From an uncultured Solirubrobacterales bacterium (lineage in GTDB: Bacteria; Actinomycetota; Thermoleophilia; Solirubrobacterales; JBBDJG01): a stretch of 64,000 nt of DNA. This document shows, one piece after another, positions 50,926 to 63,505 of this stretch. The stretch is taken from contig CAWFMD010000006.1 of assembly GCA_963816975.1 (NCBI GenBank), positions 1,595,008 through 1,659,007 of the forward strand, given 5' to 3'. Positions within the stretch are counted from its first letter, which is position 1, and each line of letters opens with the position of its first letter. The translations under genes and the position numbers were made by a program. The notes under the pieces are model-generated. The model was not told the origin of the DNA, ran no database searches, and saw only the letters and a list, made by a program, of their open reading frames with translations.

Positions 50926-51516
50926 GTGCCTCGCGCCATGTTGGAGATCTCGCGGCAGCAGCTGGTGGTGTACGCGGCGGCGCTCGTGGCCGTCGCGCTG
51001 ATCGGCGCACGCTATCTGAGGTCCGAGCGCGATCCGCCCGCACGGGCGCCGTCGCCGGTGAAGGTGGTGCGCGCGGGTGGCGGCGGTTCCGTCGTGCACG
51101 TCGTGGGGGCCGTGCGGCGGCCGGGCGTGTACCGGCTGCCCCCCTGGGCGCGCCTGGCGGCGGCCCTGCGCCGCGCGGGTGGGGCCACCGCCGGCGCGGA
51201 TCTCCAGGGGGTGAACCTGGCGGCGAAGGTGTCCGACGGGCAGCAGGTGATCGTGCCCGCGCGCGCGGCCGGCGCCGCGGGCGCGCCCGGGGCGGGGCCT
51301 GCCGCCGGGACAGTGGCGCCGGGTCAGCCGGTGAGTCTCAACAGTGCCACGGCGGATCAGCTCGACGAGCTCGACGGGATCGGTCCCGCCACGGCGCAGA
51401 AGATCCTCGACTACCGCAAGCAGCATGGCGGCTTCGGTTCGGTCGACGACCTCAAGCAGGTCAGCGGTATCGGACCGAAGCGGTTCGCGGCGCTGAAGGA
51501 GAAGGTGCGCATGTGA
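50926..51516 (+). CDS. comEA: Competence protein ComEA (SLBB + helix-hairpin-helix)
   Basis: VHVVGAVRRPGVY, VNLAA.V.DG, SLNSAT..L.LDGIGP, F.SVDDL..V.GIG. Confidence 0.93.
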   Translation: MPRAMLEISRQQLVVYAAALVAVALIGARYLRSERDPPARAPSPVKVVRAGGGGSVVHVVGAVRRPGVYRLPPWARLAAALRRAGGATAGADLQGVNLAAKVSDGQQVIVPARAAGAAGAPGAGPAAGTVAPGQPVSLNSATADQLDELDGIGPATAQKILDYRKQHGGFGSVDDLKQVSGIGPKRFAALKEKVRM

Positions 51517-53825
51517 GCGCGGCCGAGCGCCTGCTGCGACACCCGCGGCACATGGCGCTCGGGGCGCTCTGCGCGGGCCTGTTGCTGGCGGGGCATCCTT
51601 GGCTGGCGGTCGCCGGCGGCCTGGGCGCGGCGGTTGCGCTGGTGAGCGCGATGCGACCGACGACCACGGTGGCGGTGCTGGCGCTGATCGTGCTGCCGCC
51701 CGCCGCAGCGCTGCTCGGGTCCGCGCGGCTCGCGGCGATCGACCGCTCCGACCTCGCGAGGTACGCCGGATCGGCGGTGACGCTGCGTGGGCACGTGGTG
51801 AAGCGCGAGCGCGAGTCCTTCGGCGCCGCGCGCATGCGCGTGCGCGCCACCGCCGCGCGCGTGGGCGGGCGTTGGCGCGCGACCACCGGGCTCGTGCAGG
51901 TGCGCGTGCGGCGGCCACCCGCGGGGGCGGCGACGATCGGCGACGAGGTCGAGGCGGCCGGAGCGCTCGCGGCGCCCAGTCGCCAGGCGGAGGCGTCCGG
52001 CTACGCCGCGTACCTGCGCCGCGGCGGAGTGCGGGTGGTGCTGCACGCGGATCGCGTGCGGCTCACGGGCCGCCGGCGGGGTGGCTTCATCGGTGCGATC
52101 GACGTGGTTCGCCGGAGGGCCGAGGCGGGGGTCAGCGCCGGGCTCGGCGACGCGCAGGGGGCACTGGCCCGCGGGATGGTGCTGGGGGCCGACGAGGACA
52201 TCCCGGAGCGCATGGCGGAGGACTTCAAGCGCTCCGGCCTCGCGCACCTGCTCGCCGTCAGCGGTCAGAACGTGACGCTGCTGGCGGTGCTGGCTTGGCC
52301 GCTGCTCGCCGCGCTGGGCATCGCCCGCGGGCCACGTCTGTGGATCGTGATCGCGTTGATCGCGCTGTACGTGCCGCTCACGGGAGCGGGCGCCTCGATC
52401 GTGCGCGCCGGCGCGATGGGCATCGCGGGGACGCTCGCGGCGCTTGCGGGCCGCCCCGCCTCCCGGTGGTACGGCCTGCTGATCGCCTGCGCGGTCACGC
52501 TCGCGACGGACCCGCGCGCGTGGCAGGACGTCGGGTGGCAGCTGAGCTTCGCCGCGGTGGTGGGCATCTTCGCGCTCGCGCGGCCACTGGGACGGGCCCT
52601 GGGAGCGGCGCCCGAGCCCCTGCGCAGCGGGGCGGCTCTGACCGTTGCCGCAACGCTGGCGACCGCTCCGCTGATGGCGTTCCACTTCGGGCGCGCGTCG
52701 CTCGCGGCGCTCCCGGCGAACCTCGCGGCGCTGCCCGCGGTGGCTCCCGCGATGTGGCTGGGCATGCTGAGCGCGGGCGCGGCGCAGGTGGCGGCCGCGC
52801 CGGCCGAGCTGCTCAACGCGATCAACGCCTTCTGCCTCGCCCACGTCGCCGCGATCGCCCACTGGGGCGCGGGGCTGCCCGGCGCGAGCGTCGACGTGCG
52901 CATCGCCTCACCGCTCGCGCTGGCGCTGGTGTATGCGGCCGGGGCCGTCGCGCTGTGGGGCGGCGCGCGGCTGGCGCGCAGCGCGGGCGGGCGCCTCTGC
53001 GTCGCGGCCGCCCCGGCCGTGGCGATCGTGGCCGCGGCGGTCCTGGCCTCCGGCGCCCCGCCGACCGCCCCGCGGCAGTTCACGGTCACGGCGCTGGACA
53101 TCGGCCAGGGCGATGCAACGCTGCTGCAGGCGCCCGGCGGCGCGGCCGTGCTCGTGGACGGTGGCGCGCCGGGCATGGGCCTCGCCGTCAAGCTGCGCGA
53201 TCACGGAGTGCGCGCGCTCGACATGATCGTGCTGACGCACGCGCAGGCCGATCATCAGGGCGGCCTCCCCGAGGTGCTCGCGGGGTTTCCCGTGCGGATG
53301 CTGCTGGACGGCGGGCTGCCCCTGGACGGACCGGACCATCGCCGCATCGTGGCGCTCGCCAGGGAGCGCGGAGCACAGGTGCGGGCCGCGCGTGCGGGCC
53401 AGCTGTTCCGGTTCGGCGGGGGCTTGCGGCTGCGGGTGCTGGCCGCGGCCGCGCGGGACTCCGATCCCGGCAGCGACCCGAACCTGCGCGCTGTCGTGCT
53501 GAGCGCCTCATGCCGCGGCCGCGACGTGTTCCTGCCCGCCGACGCGGAGAGCGAGGTCACAGGCGGGCTCACCCTGCACGACGTCGACCTGCTCAAGGTG
53601 GCGCACCACGGCAGCCAGGATCCGGGCCTCCCCGAGCTGCTCGCCCGCCTGCAGCCGGAGATCGCGATGATCGAGGTCGGCCGGCCCAACCGCTTCGGGC
53701 ATCCGCACCCGGCCACGCTGGCGGCGTTGCGGGCCGCGGGCGCGAAGGTGCACCGCACGGACCTCGAGGGCGACGTGTCGATCACCGCGGCGCCCGCCGG
53801 GCTGAGCGTGAGCGGGGGCGGGTGA
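51513..53825 (+). CDS. comEC: Competence protein ComEC/Rec2
   Basis: GLAHLLAVSGQNV, GWQLSF, metallo-beta-lactamase domain (LDIGQGDA, LTHAQADH, KVAHHGS, GHP). Confidence 0.93.
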   Translation: MSAAERLLRHPRHMALGALCAGLLLAGHPWLAVAGGLGAAVALVSAMRPTTTVAVLALIVLPPAAALLGSARLAAIDRSDLARYAGSAVTLRGHVVKRERESFGAARMRVRATAARVGGRWRATTGLVQVRVRRPPAGAATIGDEVEAAGALAAPSRQAEASGYAAYLRRGGVRVVLHADRVRLTGRRRGGFIGAIDVVRRRAEAGVSAGLGDAQGALARGMVLGADEDIPERMAEDFKRSGLAHLLAVSGQNVTLLAVLAWPLLAALGIARGPRLWIVIALIALYVPLTGAGASIVRAGAMGIAGTLAALAGRPASRWYGLLIACAVTLATDPRAWQDVGWQLSFAAVVGIFALARPLGRALGAAPEPLRSGAALTVAATLATAPLMAFHFGRASLAALPANLAALPAVAPAMWLGMLSAGAAQVAAAPAELLNAINAFCLAHVAAIAHWGAGLPGASVDVRIASPLALALVYAAGAVALWGGARLARSAGGRLCVAAAPAVAIVAAAVLASGAPPTAPRQFTVTALDIGQGDATLLQAPGGAAVLVDGGAPGMGLAVKLRDHGVRALDMIVLTHAQADHQGGLPEVLAGFPVRMLLDGGLPLDGPDHRRIVALARERGAQVRAARAGQLFRFGGGLRLRVLAAAARDSDPGSDPNLRAVVLSASCRGRDVFLPADAESEVTGGLTLHDVDLLKVAHHGSQDPGLPELLARLQPEIAMIEVGRPNRFGHPHPATLAALRAAGAKVHRTDLEGDVSITAAPAGLSVSGGG

Positions 53826-53872
53826 GCGGTGCGCGCCCGGTCGCCGCGGCGGGCTGAAGTATCCTCGCCCGG

Positions 53873-54847
53873 ATGGCCGCGCTGAAGCCGGTGTACCTGC
53901 TCCACGGGGACGACGAGGTCAAACTCGACGCCGCGCGCGCCCGCGTGCGCGGGCGGGCCGCGCAGGAGGGGGCGTCGCTGGAACTGATGGACGGCGAGCG
54001 CGATGCGGGCGAGGCGGTGGCGCTCGCGCTGTCGGCGATGACGCTCGCATTGGGGCAGCGCTACGTGCTCGTGGACCGGATCGAGCGCTGGAAGGAAAAG
54101 GACGTCGTGGCGGTCGCGGCCGCGCTCACGACACCCCCGCCCGAGACCGTGGTGTTCCTGTTCGGGACCGGGCGGAAGGAGCCGGGCAGGAAGCCGTGGT
54201 CACCGCCGGCCAAGCTCACCAAGGCGGTCGACCAGGCCGGCGGCGAGCGGACCGAGCTTGCTTCGCCCAAACCGGCTGCGCTCCCTGGCTGGATCACCCA
54301 GCAGGGCAAGGACCTCGGCCTGGCCGTGGACCGCGACGCCGCCCAGGCGCTGGTCGAGCGGATCGGCACGCGGCAGCGCCGGCTGCGGCGCACGCTCGAG
54401 AAGATCGCGAGCTACGGTCCCGACCGCGGTCGCGTCGACCTCGATGTCGTCGAGGCGCTGACGGTCTCCGACGTCGAGGCGCAGGGCTATCAGCTCGCGG
54501 ACGCCGTCGTCGATGGAGACCGCGCACTCGCGCTGAGGCTCGCGGAAAACCTCCGTGATCACGACCAGGACATCATGCACATCCTGTACGCGATGGTGCG
54601 GCGCACGCGCGACATCAGGCGGGCGTGGGCGCTGCTGGAGGAAGGGCGCTCCAGTCAGGACATTGCGTCGCTGTTGCGCGTTCCGCCGTTCGTCGCGAAG
54701 CGGATGGCCGCGCAGGCGCGCGGCCTCGACGCGGAGCGACTCGAGCGGATCACCGCCGGCCTGGCCGACCTGGACTACGCGATCCGCGGCGGGGGCAAGG
54801 TCGACACCGGCACCGCCCTGACGCTGACTCTCGCGCTGGCGGCTTGA
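53873..54847 (+). CDS. holA: DNA polymerase III delta subunit
   Basis: PVYLLHGDD and conserved comEC-holA-rpsT context. Confidence 0.88.
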   Translation: MAALKPVYLLHGDDEVKLDAARARVRGRAAQEGASLELMDGERDAGEAVALALSAMTLALGQRYVLVDRIERWKEKDVVAVAAALTTPPPETVVFLFGTGRKEPGRKPWSPPAKLTKAVDQAGGERTELASPKPAALPGWITQQGKDLGLAVDRDAAQALVERIGTRQRRLRRTLEKIASYGPDRGRVDLDVVEALTVSDVEAQGYQLADAVVDGDRALALRLAENLRDHDQDIMHILYAMVRRTRDIRRAWALLEEGRSSQDIASLLRVPPFVAKRMAAQARGLDAERLERITAGLADLDYAIRGGGKVDTGTALTLTLALAA

Positions 54848-54859
54848 GCAGCCGGCCGG

Positions 54860-55126
54860 CTAGGAGCTTGCCCGGCGGCGGATCCTGGCGGCCCGCGCCT
54901 TCTTGCGTGCCGCGTTGTTGCGGTGCAGGGCACCGTGTTCGGCGGCCTTGTCGATCTTCGACACCAGGGTGCGGTGCTCGGCCTCGATCGCGTCCGCGTC
55001 GCCTCCCGCAACCGCCTGCTGGAGCCGGCGGAAGTAGGTCTTCACCGTCGAGGTGCGGCGGCGGTTCTCCATCCGCTCCCGCTCTGACCGGTGAATGCGT
55101 TTTTCTTGGGACTTGATGTTGGCCAT
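54860..55126 (-). CDS. rpsT: 30S ribosomal protein bS20
   Basis: MANIKSQEKR, IDKAA..G.LHRNNAARKK. Confidence 0.97.
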   Translation of the reverse strand: MANIKSQEKRIHRSERERMENRRRTSTVKTYFRRLQQAVAGGDADAIEAEHRTLVSKIDKAAEHGALHRNNAARKKARAARIRRRASS

Positions 55127-55209
55127 TGGAGTCGAGTGCCGCGCGGCGGTGGTCACAGGTGATCGCGCGCGGCGGCGGCGAAGTATAGCGGCGCCACGCT
55201 CGCCGACCC

Positions 55210-56817
55210 GTGGCTGAGCATCCGGCGCCGGCGCCCGAGCCGGCGCCCCAGCCGCGCGCCGGGCGCCTCGCGCTGTCGACCGCATTCTTCTCGCTGGCCA
55301 CCGGTCTGTCGCGGATCGCCGGGCTGGTGCGCGAGATCGTCGCGGCGGGCTACTTCGGCGTGAAGGGGCCGATGAGCGCGTTCACGATCGCGTTCCAGGT
55401 CCCCAACCTGGTGCGCAGCCTGTTCGCCGATGCCGCCCTCCAGGCGGCGTTCGTGCCGGTCTTCACGGAGCAGCTGGAGCATCGCAGCCGCGCGGACGCG
55501 TTTCGCGTGGCCTCGGCCCTGCTGTTCGTGATCTCGGTGTCCCTGGGCGTGCTCACCGCGCTGTTCGTGCTGCTCGCGCCCGTGCTCATGCCGCTGTTCG
55601 CGCCGGGCTTCGACGAGCAGCTGACGGACCTGACCGTGAACCTCGCACAGCTGCTGTTCCCGATCGTGCTGCTGCTCGGGCTGTCGGGCCTGGTCGTCGG
55701 CATCCTCAACAGCTTCGACCAGTTCGCGGTCCCGGCGCTCGCGCCGCTGGCCTGGAATCTCGCCATCATCGCGACGCTGGTCGCGCTGGTCCCGCAGTTC
55801 GAGGGCGACGACCGGATCTACGCATATGCGATCGGCGTGTTGATCGGGACGCTCGTCCAACTGCTGCTGCCGCTGCCGTGGCTACGACGCACCGGGTTCC
55901 GCATCGCGCGCGGCTTCAACTGGCGCGACGAGCGCGTGACGCGCGTGCTGAAGCTGATGTTCCCGGTCACGATCGGCCTCGGCTTGATCAACTTCAACCT
56001 CTCGGTCGACAGCATCTTCGCGACCTTGATCTCGGACGAGGCGCCGGCCGCGATCGACAAGGCCTTCCGCATCTACATGCTTCCGCAGGGCGTGTTCGCG
56101 GTCGCGCTCGCGACCGTGCTGTTTCCCACCTTCTCCCGGCTCGCGACACGGGGCGACACCGACGGCCTGCGAGCGGTGCAGGGCAGCGGCGTGCGCCAGA
56201 TGCTGTTGCTGCTGGTGCCCTGCGCCGCGCTGATGATGGTGCTGAGCGACCCGATCACCCGCGTCATCTATCAGCGGGGGGAGTTCGATGCGGCCCAGAC
56301 GGACCTCGTCTCCGAGGCCCTGTTCTTCTTCGCGCTGTCGCTGCCGTTCGCGGGCATCAACCTGATCTTGATCCGCACCTTCTTCAGCCTCCAGACCCCG
56401 TGGATCCCGACCTTCGTGGCGCTCGCCAACCTGTTCGTGAACGCCGGCCTCGACGCGCTCCTCTACAAGCCGATGGGCATCGGGGGCATCCCGCTCGCGA
56501 CCGCGATCGTCTCACTCGCGACCAGCATCCTGCTGGCGGTCGCCTTGCGGAGACGGCTGGGAGGAGTGGACATGGCCCGCACGCTCGCCGCGGGCGTCCG
56601 CATCCTCGCGGCCGGGACCCTGTGCGCCGCCGTTGCCGTGGGCCTGCGTGAGGCGCTCGGCAGCCTCGGCGACGGCCTGCTCGAGCAGGCCGCGGTGGTG
56701 ATCGCGGCCTCGGGTGCGGGCCTGGCGGCGTACGCGGCGGCGGTGCTCGCCACCAGGGTCGAGGAGGCGCGGCAGATCACGGCCCTCATTCGCGGCCAGG
56801 TCGCCCGCTTCCGATAG
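55210..56817 (+). CDS. murJ: Lipid II flippase MurJ
   Basis: SRIAGLVRE, AFQVPNLVR.LF, AFVPVF, polytopic membrane protein. Confidence 0.95.
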   Translation: MAEHPAPAPEPAPQPRAGRLALSTAFFSLATGLSRIAGLVREIVAAGYFGVKGPMSAFTIAFQVPNLVRSLFADAALQAAFVPVFTEQLEHRSRADAFRVASALLFVISVSLGVLTALFVLLAPVLMPLFAPGFDEQLTDLTVNLAQLLFPIVLLLGLSGLVVGILNSFDQFAVPALAPLAWNLAIIATLVALVPQFEGDDRIYAYAIGVLIGTLVQLLLPLPWLRRTGFRIARGFNWRDERVTRVLKLMFPVTIGLGLINFNLSVDSIFATLISDEAPAAIDKAFRIYMLPQGVFAVALATVLFPTFSRLATRGDTDGLRAVQGSGVRQMLLLLVPCAALMMVLSDPITRVIYQRGEFDAAQTDLVSEALFFFALSLPFAGINLILIRTFFSLQTPWIPTFVALANLFVNAGLDALLYKPMGIGGIPLATAIVSLATSILLAVALRRRLGGVDMARTLAAGVRILAAGTLCAAVAVGLREALGSLGDGLLEQAAVVIAASGAGLAAYAAAVLATRVEEARQITALIRGQVARFR

Positions 56818-56847
56818 GAGGGCAGCACCCTCCTAACATGGGGTCCC

Positions 56848-58647
<1,800 letters not shown>

Positions 58648-58668
58648 CGGATCGGTAGAGTGCAGCCC

Positions 58669-59565
58669 GTGGGCCGGGGTCTAGCAGCAGCCATGGCGCT
58701 TGCGGTCGTGCTCGCGTGCGCCGGCCCGGCCGTCGCCGCGGACCGCGTGCTGACGCGCGATCGCACCGCCGCGAACGTGAGCACCCACAGCGGGCAGCCC
58801 GTGTGGTCCCGTATCGCGCGCGACGGTCAGGCGCGGCTCGTGCAACGGGTGCGCGGGCGCAACCGCGACCTGCCCGTGACGCGCAAGGTGGGCCTCTTCG
58901 ACCCGGATGTGGGCCACACGCCGCGCGGCAACCTGACGATCGTCTACACGCGCTGCGCTGGGCTCTCCGGTCAGGGGTGCGACATCTGGCAGTACGACGG
59001 CTTCGACCTGAAGGAGCGCAAGGTGCGCGGCGCGTCCAGCGCGAGTTGCTCGGAGTTCGCGCCGTCGGTGTGGTTGGGCTCGGTCGCATTCGCGCGCACC
59101 GGTCCGGGCAGGTGCAACGGCCTGTACGTCGTGCGGCGGGGGAAGCTGCGCAAGATCGACAGCCGTGTACCCGTGGACACCGACCTGCGCGGTGGCCGCC
59201 TGGCGTACCTGTTCATCCCGCCGGGGGACACGCTGCGCAGTCAGATCCGGCTTCGCACGCTGCGCCACAAGCGCTCGCGCGTCGTCGTCACGGGCTTTGC
59301 GTCCGACGGCGAGAGCTACGCGGTCAGCAGCCCCGTGCTTACGAGTCGCCACATCCATTGGCTGCAGGAGGACCGGGTCCGCAACGAGTTCTTCGCGGGA
59401 CGTGCGCGGGTCGGCGCCCGTCGCGCGCCACTCGAGTTCACGCAGCGCACGTTCGCGCGCGCCGCCGATTCGATCGCGATCACGCGCGAGCGCTTCTACT
59501 ACACGAACGGCAAGGGCCTCTTCCAGGCGACCGACCCGGCCCCGGCCTTCAGCGCCCGCGGCTAG
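58669..59565 (+). CDS. Hypothetical secreted protein
   Basis: Signal peptide ending AVAA and four mature-region Cys. GTG 58669 lies 7 nt after TAGAGT. Confidence 0.7.
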   Translation: MGRGLAAAMALAVVLACAGPAVAADRVLTRDRTAANVSTHSGQPVWSRIARDGQARLVQRVRGRNRDLPVTRKVGLFDPDVGHTPRGNLTIVYTRCAGLSGQGCDIWQYDGFDLKERKVRGASSASCSEFAPSVWLGSVAFARTGPGRCNGLYVVRRGKLRKIDSRVPVDTDLRGGRLAYLFIPPGDTLRSQIRLRTLRHKRSRVVVTGFASDGESYAVSSPVLTSRHIHWLQEDRVRNEFFAGRARVGARRAPLEFTQRTFARAADSIAITRERFYYTNGKGLFQATDPAPAFSARG

Positions 59566-59599
59566 AATCCCGCCGGTCCCCGACCGCGAGGTGAGGCAC

Positions 59600-60034
59600 T
59601 TGGCAGATGCACCGATCGGCAAGCAGTACCCCGCCTTCGAGTACGAAATCGGCAGGGAGAAGATCCGCGAGTACGCAAACGCGGTGGGGGAGTCGAACCC
59701 GGTCCACCACGACCCCGCCGCTGCACGACAGGCAGGCTTTCGCGGCGTGGTCGCTCCTCCGATGTTCTGCGTGGTCTACTCGGCCGGCGCGATGGGCCCG
59801 GCGATCCTTGACCCGGAGCTGGGCATCAACCTGATGCTGATGGTCCACGGCGAGCAGGAGTTCGAGTGGCAGGAGCCCGTCTGCGCAGGGGACACGATCA
59901 CCACGACGGCGCAGGTCAAGGACGTGTTCGAGAAGAAGGGCATGACGTTCTACGTGTTCGAGTCCGAGTCGCTCAACCAGGACGGTCGGCCGACCGTGAA
60001 CGGCACCTGGACCAACATCGTGAGGGGGGGCTGA
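59600..60034 (+). CDS. MaoC/FAS1-like dehydratase, N-terminal type (HadA-like)
   Basis: IREYANAVG, APPMF, LMVHGEQEFEW..PVCAGD. Confidence 0.88.
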   Translation: MADAPIGKQYPAFEYEIGREKIREYANAVGESNPVHHDPAAARQAGFRGVVAPPMFCVVYSAGAMGPAILDPELGINLMLMVHGEQEFEWQEPVCAGDTITTTAQVKDVFEKKGMTFYVFESESLNQDGRPTVNGTWTNIVRGG

Positions 60035-60441
60035 TGGCCGCCGCCGAGCTCGAGCCAGGCGCCGCGATTCCGACGCTGAGCGTGACCCCCGACAAGTACG
60101 TGCCGCATCGCTACGCAGGCGCATCGGGCGACTTCAACCCGATCCACATCGACGCCGGGTTCGCGCAGGCGGTCGGCCTGCCACAGAACATCCTGCACGG
60201 CCTCTACTCGATGGCACAGGTGGCGCGGGCCGCGACGCAGGCCGCGGGCGGCGACCCGCGCTCGCTGAAGCGACTGTCGGTGCAGTTCCGCGGGATGGGG
60301 ATCCCCGAGCAGGAGATCGCGGTCACGGGAACCGTGCGCGCGGTGCAGGACGGCCGCGTCGTGATCGACACGGTCGCCGAGCAGGCCGGGAACCAGATCG
60401 TGCGCAACGCCGAGGCCGTCGTGGAACCGGGATTTCCCTAG
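60034..60441 (+). CDS. MaoC family dehydratase (HadB-like)
   Basis: YAGASGDFNPIHID.GFA...GL...ILHG. TGATG coupling to the upstream gene. Confidence 0.9.
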   Translation: MAAAELEPGAAIPTLSVTPDKYVPHRYAGASGDFNPIHIDAGFAQAVGLPQNILHGLYSMAQVARAATQAAGGDPRSLKRLSVQFRGMGIPEQEIAVTGTVRAVQDGRVVIDTVAEQAGNQIVRNAEAVVEPGFP

Positions 60442-60490
60442 CCGCGCTCCCTGGCGCCGCTCCGCGGTAGGCCCCTCCTACAATTCAACG

Positions 60491-61513
60491 ATGCTCACGG
60501 ATCGACAGCAGCTGCTCCTGCGCACCGTCGTCGAGGCGCACGTGAAGCTGAGGCAGCCGGTCGCTTCCCGCTGGCTGGCCGAGCGCTCCGAGGTGAACTG
60601 GAGCCCGTCCACGATCCGCTATGAGCTGGCGGCGCTCGAGGAGGCGGGCTATCTCCAGCACCCCCATACGTCCGCCGGGCGGGTGCCGACCGATGCGGGC
60701 TACCGCTACTACGCCGACACGATCCTCCACGAGGGCGCCCTGCCGCGGCCCAGCGGCGTTCAGTTCGACCTGGAGCTGTCCCACATGCGACGCGAGGTCG
60801 ATGCGGCGATGCGCTTCACGACCACCACGCTCTCGCAGATGACGGATCTGCTGGCGGCGGTCTCGGCGCCGCCCCTGCACACCGCCACGATCAAGCACGT
60901 CGAGGTGCTCTTGCTCCAGCCGCAGATCGCGCTGGTGGTGGTGATCACCTCGAGCGGCACGGTCACGAAGCGCGCCTTCACCTTCGACGAGCAGGTCGAC
61001 GCGGGGCTCGCCGAGTGGGCCGCCAGCTACCTGAACGAGCGGCTCGCGGGCACCGACCTGGGGGCGCTCACGCTGCAGAGCAAGCTGCTGCTGCCCGAGC
61101 TGTCGGCCACGGAGCGCGGGTTCCTGGAGGCGATCGCTCCCGTGTTCTCCGACCTGCCCGAGACGCTCGAGGACACGCTGTACATCGAGGGCACGTCCCG
61201 GCTGCTGTCCGGCACCAGCGACGTATCCGAGATGAACGAGTTGCTGCGGATGCTGGAGCGGCGCGTGACGCTGCTGTCGGTGCTGCGCTCGGCGCTGCGG
61301 GAGCCGGCCGTGTACCTGCGGATCGGGGCCGAGAACCAGGCGCCCGAGCTGCGCTCCGCGAGCGTCGTCGCCGCGAACTACGGTCTCGGGCATCGCACGC
61401 TCGGCGCGGTCAGCGTGATCGGCCCGGTGCGGATGGACTACCGCCGCGCGATCCTGTCGGTCCGCGAGGCGGCGAAGGCGCTCAGCGGGTTCGTCGAGGA
61501 GGTCTACGAGTGA
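60491..61513 (+). CDS. hrcA: Heat-inducible transcription repressor
   Basis: [40 protein letters not shown]. Confidence 0.97.
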   Translation: MLTDRQQLLLRTVVEAHVKLRQPVASRWLAERSEVNWSPSTIRYELAALEEAGYLQHPHTSAGRVPTDAGYRYYADTILHEGALPRPSGVQFDLELSHMRREVDAAMRFTTTTLSQMTDLLAAVSAPPLHTATIKHVEVLLLQPQIALVVVITSSGTVTKRAFTFDEQVDAGLAEWAASYLNERLAGTDLGALTLQSKLLLPELSATERGFLEAIAPVFSDLPETLEDTLYIEGTSRLLSGTSDVSEMNELLRMLERRVTLLSVLRSALREPAVYLRIGAENQAPELRSASVVAANYGLGHRTLGAVSVIGPVRMDYRRAILSVREAAKALSGFVEEVYE

Positions 61514-61541
61514 CGCGCGACCGCCACCGCCCGCGCTGACG

Positions 61542-62678
61542 ATGCCGCGCGACTACTACGAGGTCCTCGGGGTCGGCCGCGAGGCAAGCGACGACGAGAT
61601 CAAGAAGACGTTCCGGGGGCTCGCGCGGGAGCTGCATCCCGACATCAACCGCCACGACCCCGAGGCGGAGAACAAGTTCAAGGAGGTCGCCGAGGCCTAC
61701 GAGGTGCTGAGCGATCACGAGCGCCGCGCCGTCTACGACCGCTACGGGCACGACGGCCTGCGCCGCGGCGGGTGGCAGCCGCGCGCCGGCGGCTTCGGGA
61801 ACATCTCCGACATCTTCGAGGCGTTCTTCGGGGGCGGCGACCCGTTCGGGTCGCCCTTCGGGGGCCGCGCGCGACCGGGTCCCGAACGCGGCCGCGACGT
61901 CGCGGTGCAGGTCGTCCTGACCCTCGAGGAGGTCCTCACCGGAGCCGCGAAGCAGGTCGAGTTCGACGTCACCACGCAGTGCTCGCACTGTCGTGGAAAC
62001 GGCGCGGAGCCCGGAACTCCGATCGAGACGTGTCCGCGCTGCGAGGGGACCGGCCAGCTGCAGTCGATGACTCGCACCGTCTTTGGCCAGGTCGTCCGCA
62101 CGCTTGCATGCGACCGCTGCGGCGGCGACGGGCGGATCGCGCAGACTCCGTGTGAGGTGTGCCGCGGCTCGGGACACGAGGTCGAGGCGCGTGTGCGCTC
62201 GGTGGACATACCGGCGGGCATCGAGGACGGCCAGCGGGTGCGGCTCACCGGTCAGGGCCACGTGGGCGGACCGGGCGGACCGCCCGGGGACCTGTACGTG
62301 CTCGTCGGCGTGGAGCCGGACCCGCGCTTCGAGCGCCGCGGCGAGGACCTCATCACGCGGCTCGACGTGCCGTTCACGCAGGCGGCCCTGGGCGCGACGA
62401 TGGGTGTTCCGACGCTCGCGGGGGAGGCGCAGGTAGAGCTGGAGCCGGGGTCGCAGCCGGGGACCGTCAAGCGCCTGCGCGGCCACGGCCTGCCCGCCCT
62501 GCGGGGACGCGGCCGCGGCGACCTGCACGTGGTCCTGAACGTGATGATCCCGAGCCACCTCAGCGACGAGCAGCGCGACCTGCTCCAGCGATTCGACGAC
62601 TCCGCGAACGGCGAGACCTACGCATCCAGGCACGGCGACGGGCTGTTCGACCGCATCCGCCAGGCGTTTCGCGGTTGA
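61542..62678 (+). CDS. dnaJ: Chaperone DnaJ
   Basis: J domain with HPD, G/F region, four CxxCxGxG repeats. Confidence 0.98.
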   Translation: MPRDYYEVLGVGREASDDEIKKTFRGLARELHPDINRHDPEAENKFKEVAEAYEVLSDHERRAVYDRYGHDGLRRGGWQPRAGGFGNISDIFEAFFGGGDPFGSPFGGRARPGPERGRDVAVQVVLTLEEVLTGAAKQVEFDVTTQCSHCRGNGAEPGTPIETCPRCEGTGQLQSMTRTVFGQVVRTLACDRCGGDGRIAQTPCEVCRGSGHEVEARVRSVDIPAGIEDGQRVRLTGQGHVGGPGGPPGDLYVLVGVEPDPRFERRGEDLITRLDVPFTQAALGATMGVPTLAGEAQVELEPGSQPGTVKRLRGHGLPALRGRGRGDLHVVLNVMIPSHLSDEQRDLLQRFDDSANGETYASRHGDGLFDRIRQAFRG

Positions 62679-63505
62679 TCCGGCTCGCGGTCCGCTGCCG
62701 CGCGGAACAGGCCGAGATCGTGCTCGCCGAGCTGCTCGCCCTCGCACCCGGCGGCTGCGAGCAGGTCGACGCGCCGGGGGGCAGGGAGGACGTCGTCGAG
62801 TACGCGATCTACGGCGCGGCGGGCGAGCTGCCCGACCTCGGCGACGTGCAGGCCGCCGTGGGCGACTTCCTGGTCGAGGTCGACAGCCGTGAGGTGCCCG
62901 ACGACTGGGCCGAGCGCTGGCAGCGCTTCTACTTCCCGGTGCTGGTCGCGGGCCGCTTGTACGTGCGCCCGCCCTGGGAGCGGCCGGCCGAGCGGGGCGG
63001 GGTGGAGGAGGTCGTGATCGACCCCGGCGGCGCCTTCGGCACCGGCACACATGCGACCACGCGCATGTGCCTGGAATTGATGCTCGAAGTGCCCGCGGCA
63101 GGGTCGTTCGCCGACCTCGGCTGCGGCTCGGGCGTGCTGTCGATCGCGGCCGCGAAGCTCGGCTTCGATCCGGTCGTGGCGATCGACGCCGATCGCGCGG
63201 CCGTGTCGGAAACCGAGCGCAATGCGCGGGCCAACGGCGTACAGGTCGACGTGCAGCGCCTCGACCTGCGCAGCGCGCCCGTGCCGACGGCGGACGTGGT
63301 GAGCGCGAACCTCACGTTGCGGCTCTGCGAGGCGGTCGCGCGCGACTGGGCCGCGCGCGGCGAGCGCCCGCGGGCGCTGATCGCCGCGGGCTTCCTGCGG
63401 CCGGACGCCGACCGCGTCGGCGCTGCGCTGGCGCCCTGCGGCCTGACCGAGCGGCGTCGCATGGTGGAGGGCGACTGGGCCGCGGGCCTATATTCCGCGG
63501 GGTGA
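62675..63505 (+). CDS. prmA: Ribosomal protein L11 methyltransferase
   Basis: [31 protein letters not shown]. Follows dnaJ. Confidence 0.93.
   Translation: MIRLAVRCRAEQAEIVLAELLALAPGGCEQVDAPGGREDVVEYAIYGAAGELPDLGDVQAAVGDFLVEVDSREVPDDWAERWQRFYFPVLVAGRLYVRPPWERPAERGGVEEVVIDPGGAFGTGTHATTRMCLELMLEVPAAGSFADLGCGSGVLSIAAAKLGFDPVVAIDADRAAVSETERNARANGVQVDVQRLDLRSAPVPTADVVSANLTLRLCEAVARDWAARGERPRALIAAGFLRPDADRVGAALAPCGLTERRRMVEGDWAAGLYSAG

Noticed and set aside
59600-60441. HadAB-like dehydratase pair as evidence of mycolic acid synthesis
   Set aside because: Paired MaoC-type dehydratases are widespread in Actinomycetota fatty-acid metabolism, and no other FAS-II or mycolate genes are nearby.
60420-60491. 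CIRCE element at hrcA-dnaJ
   Set aside because: No TTAGCACTC-N9-GAGTGCTAA-like inverted repeat visible before hrcA or dnaJ.
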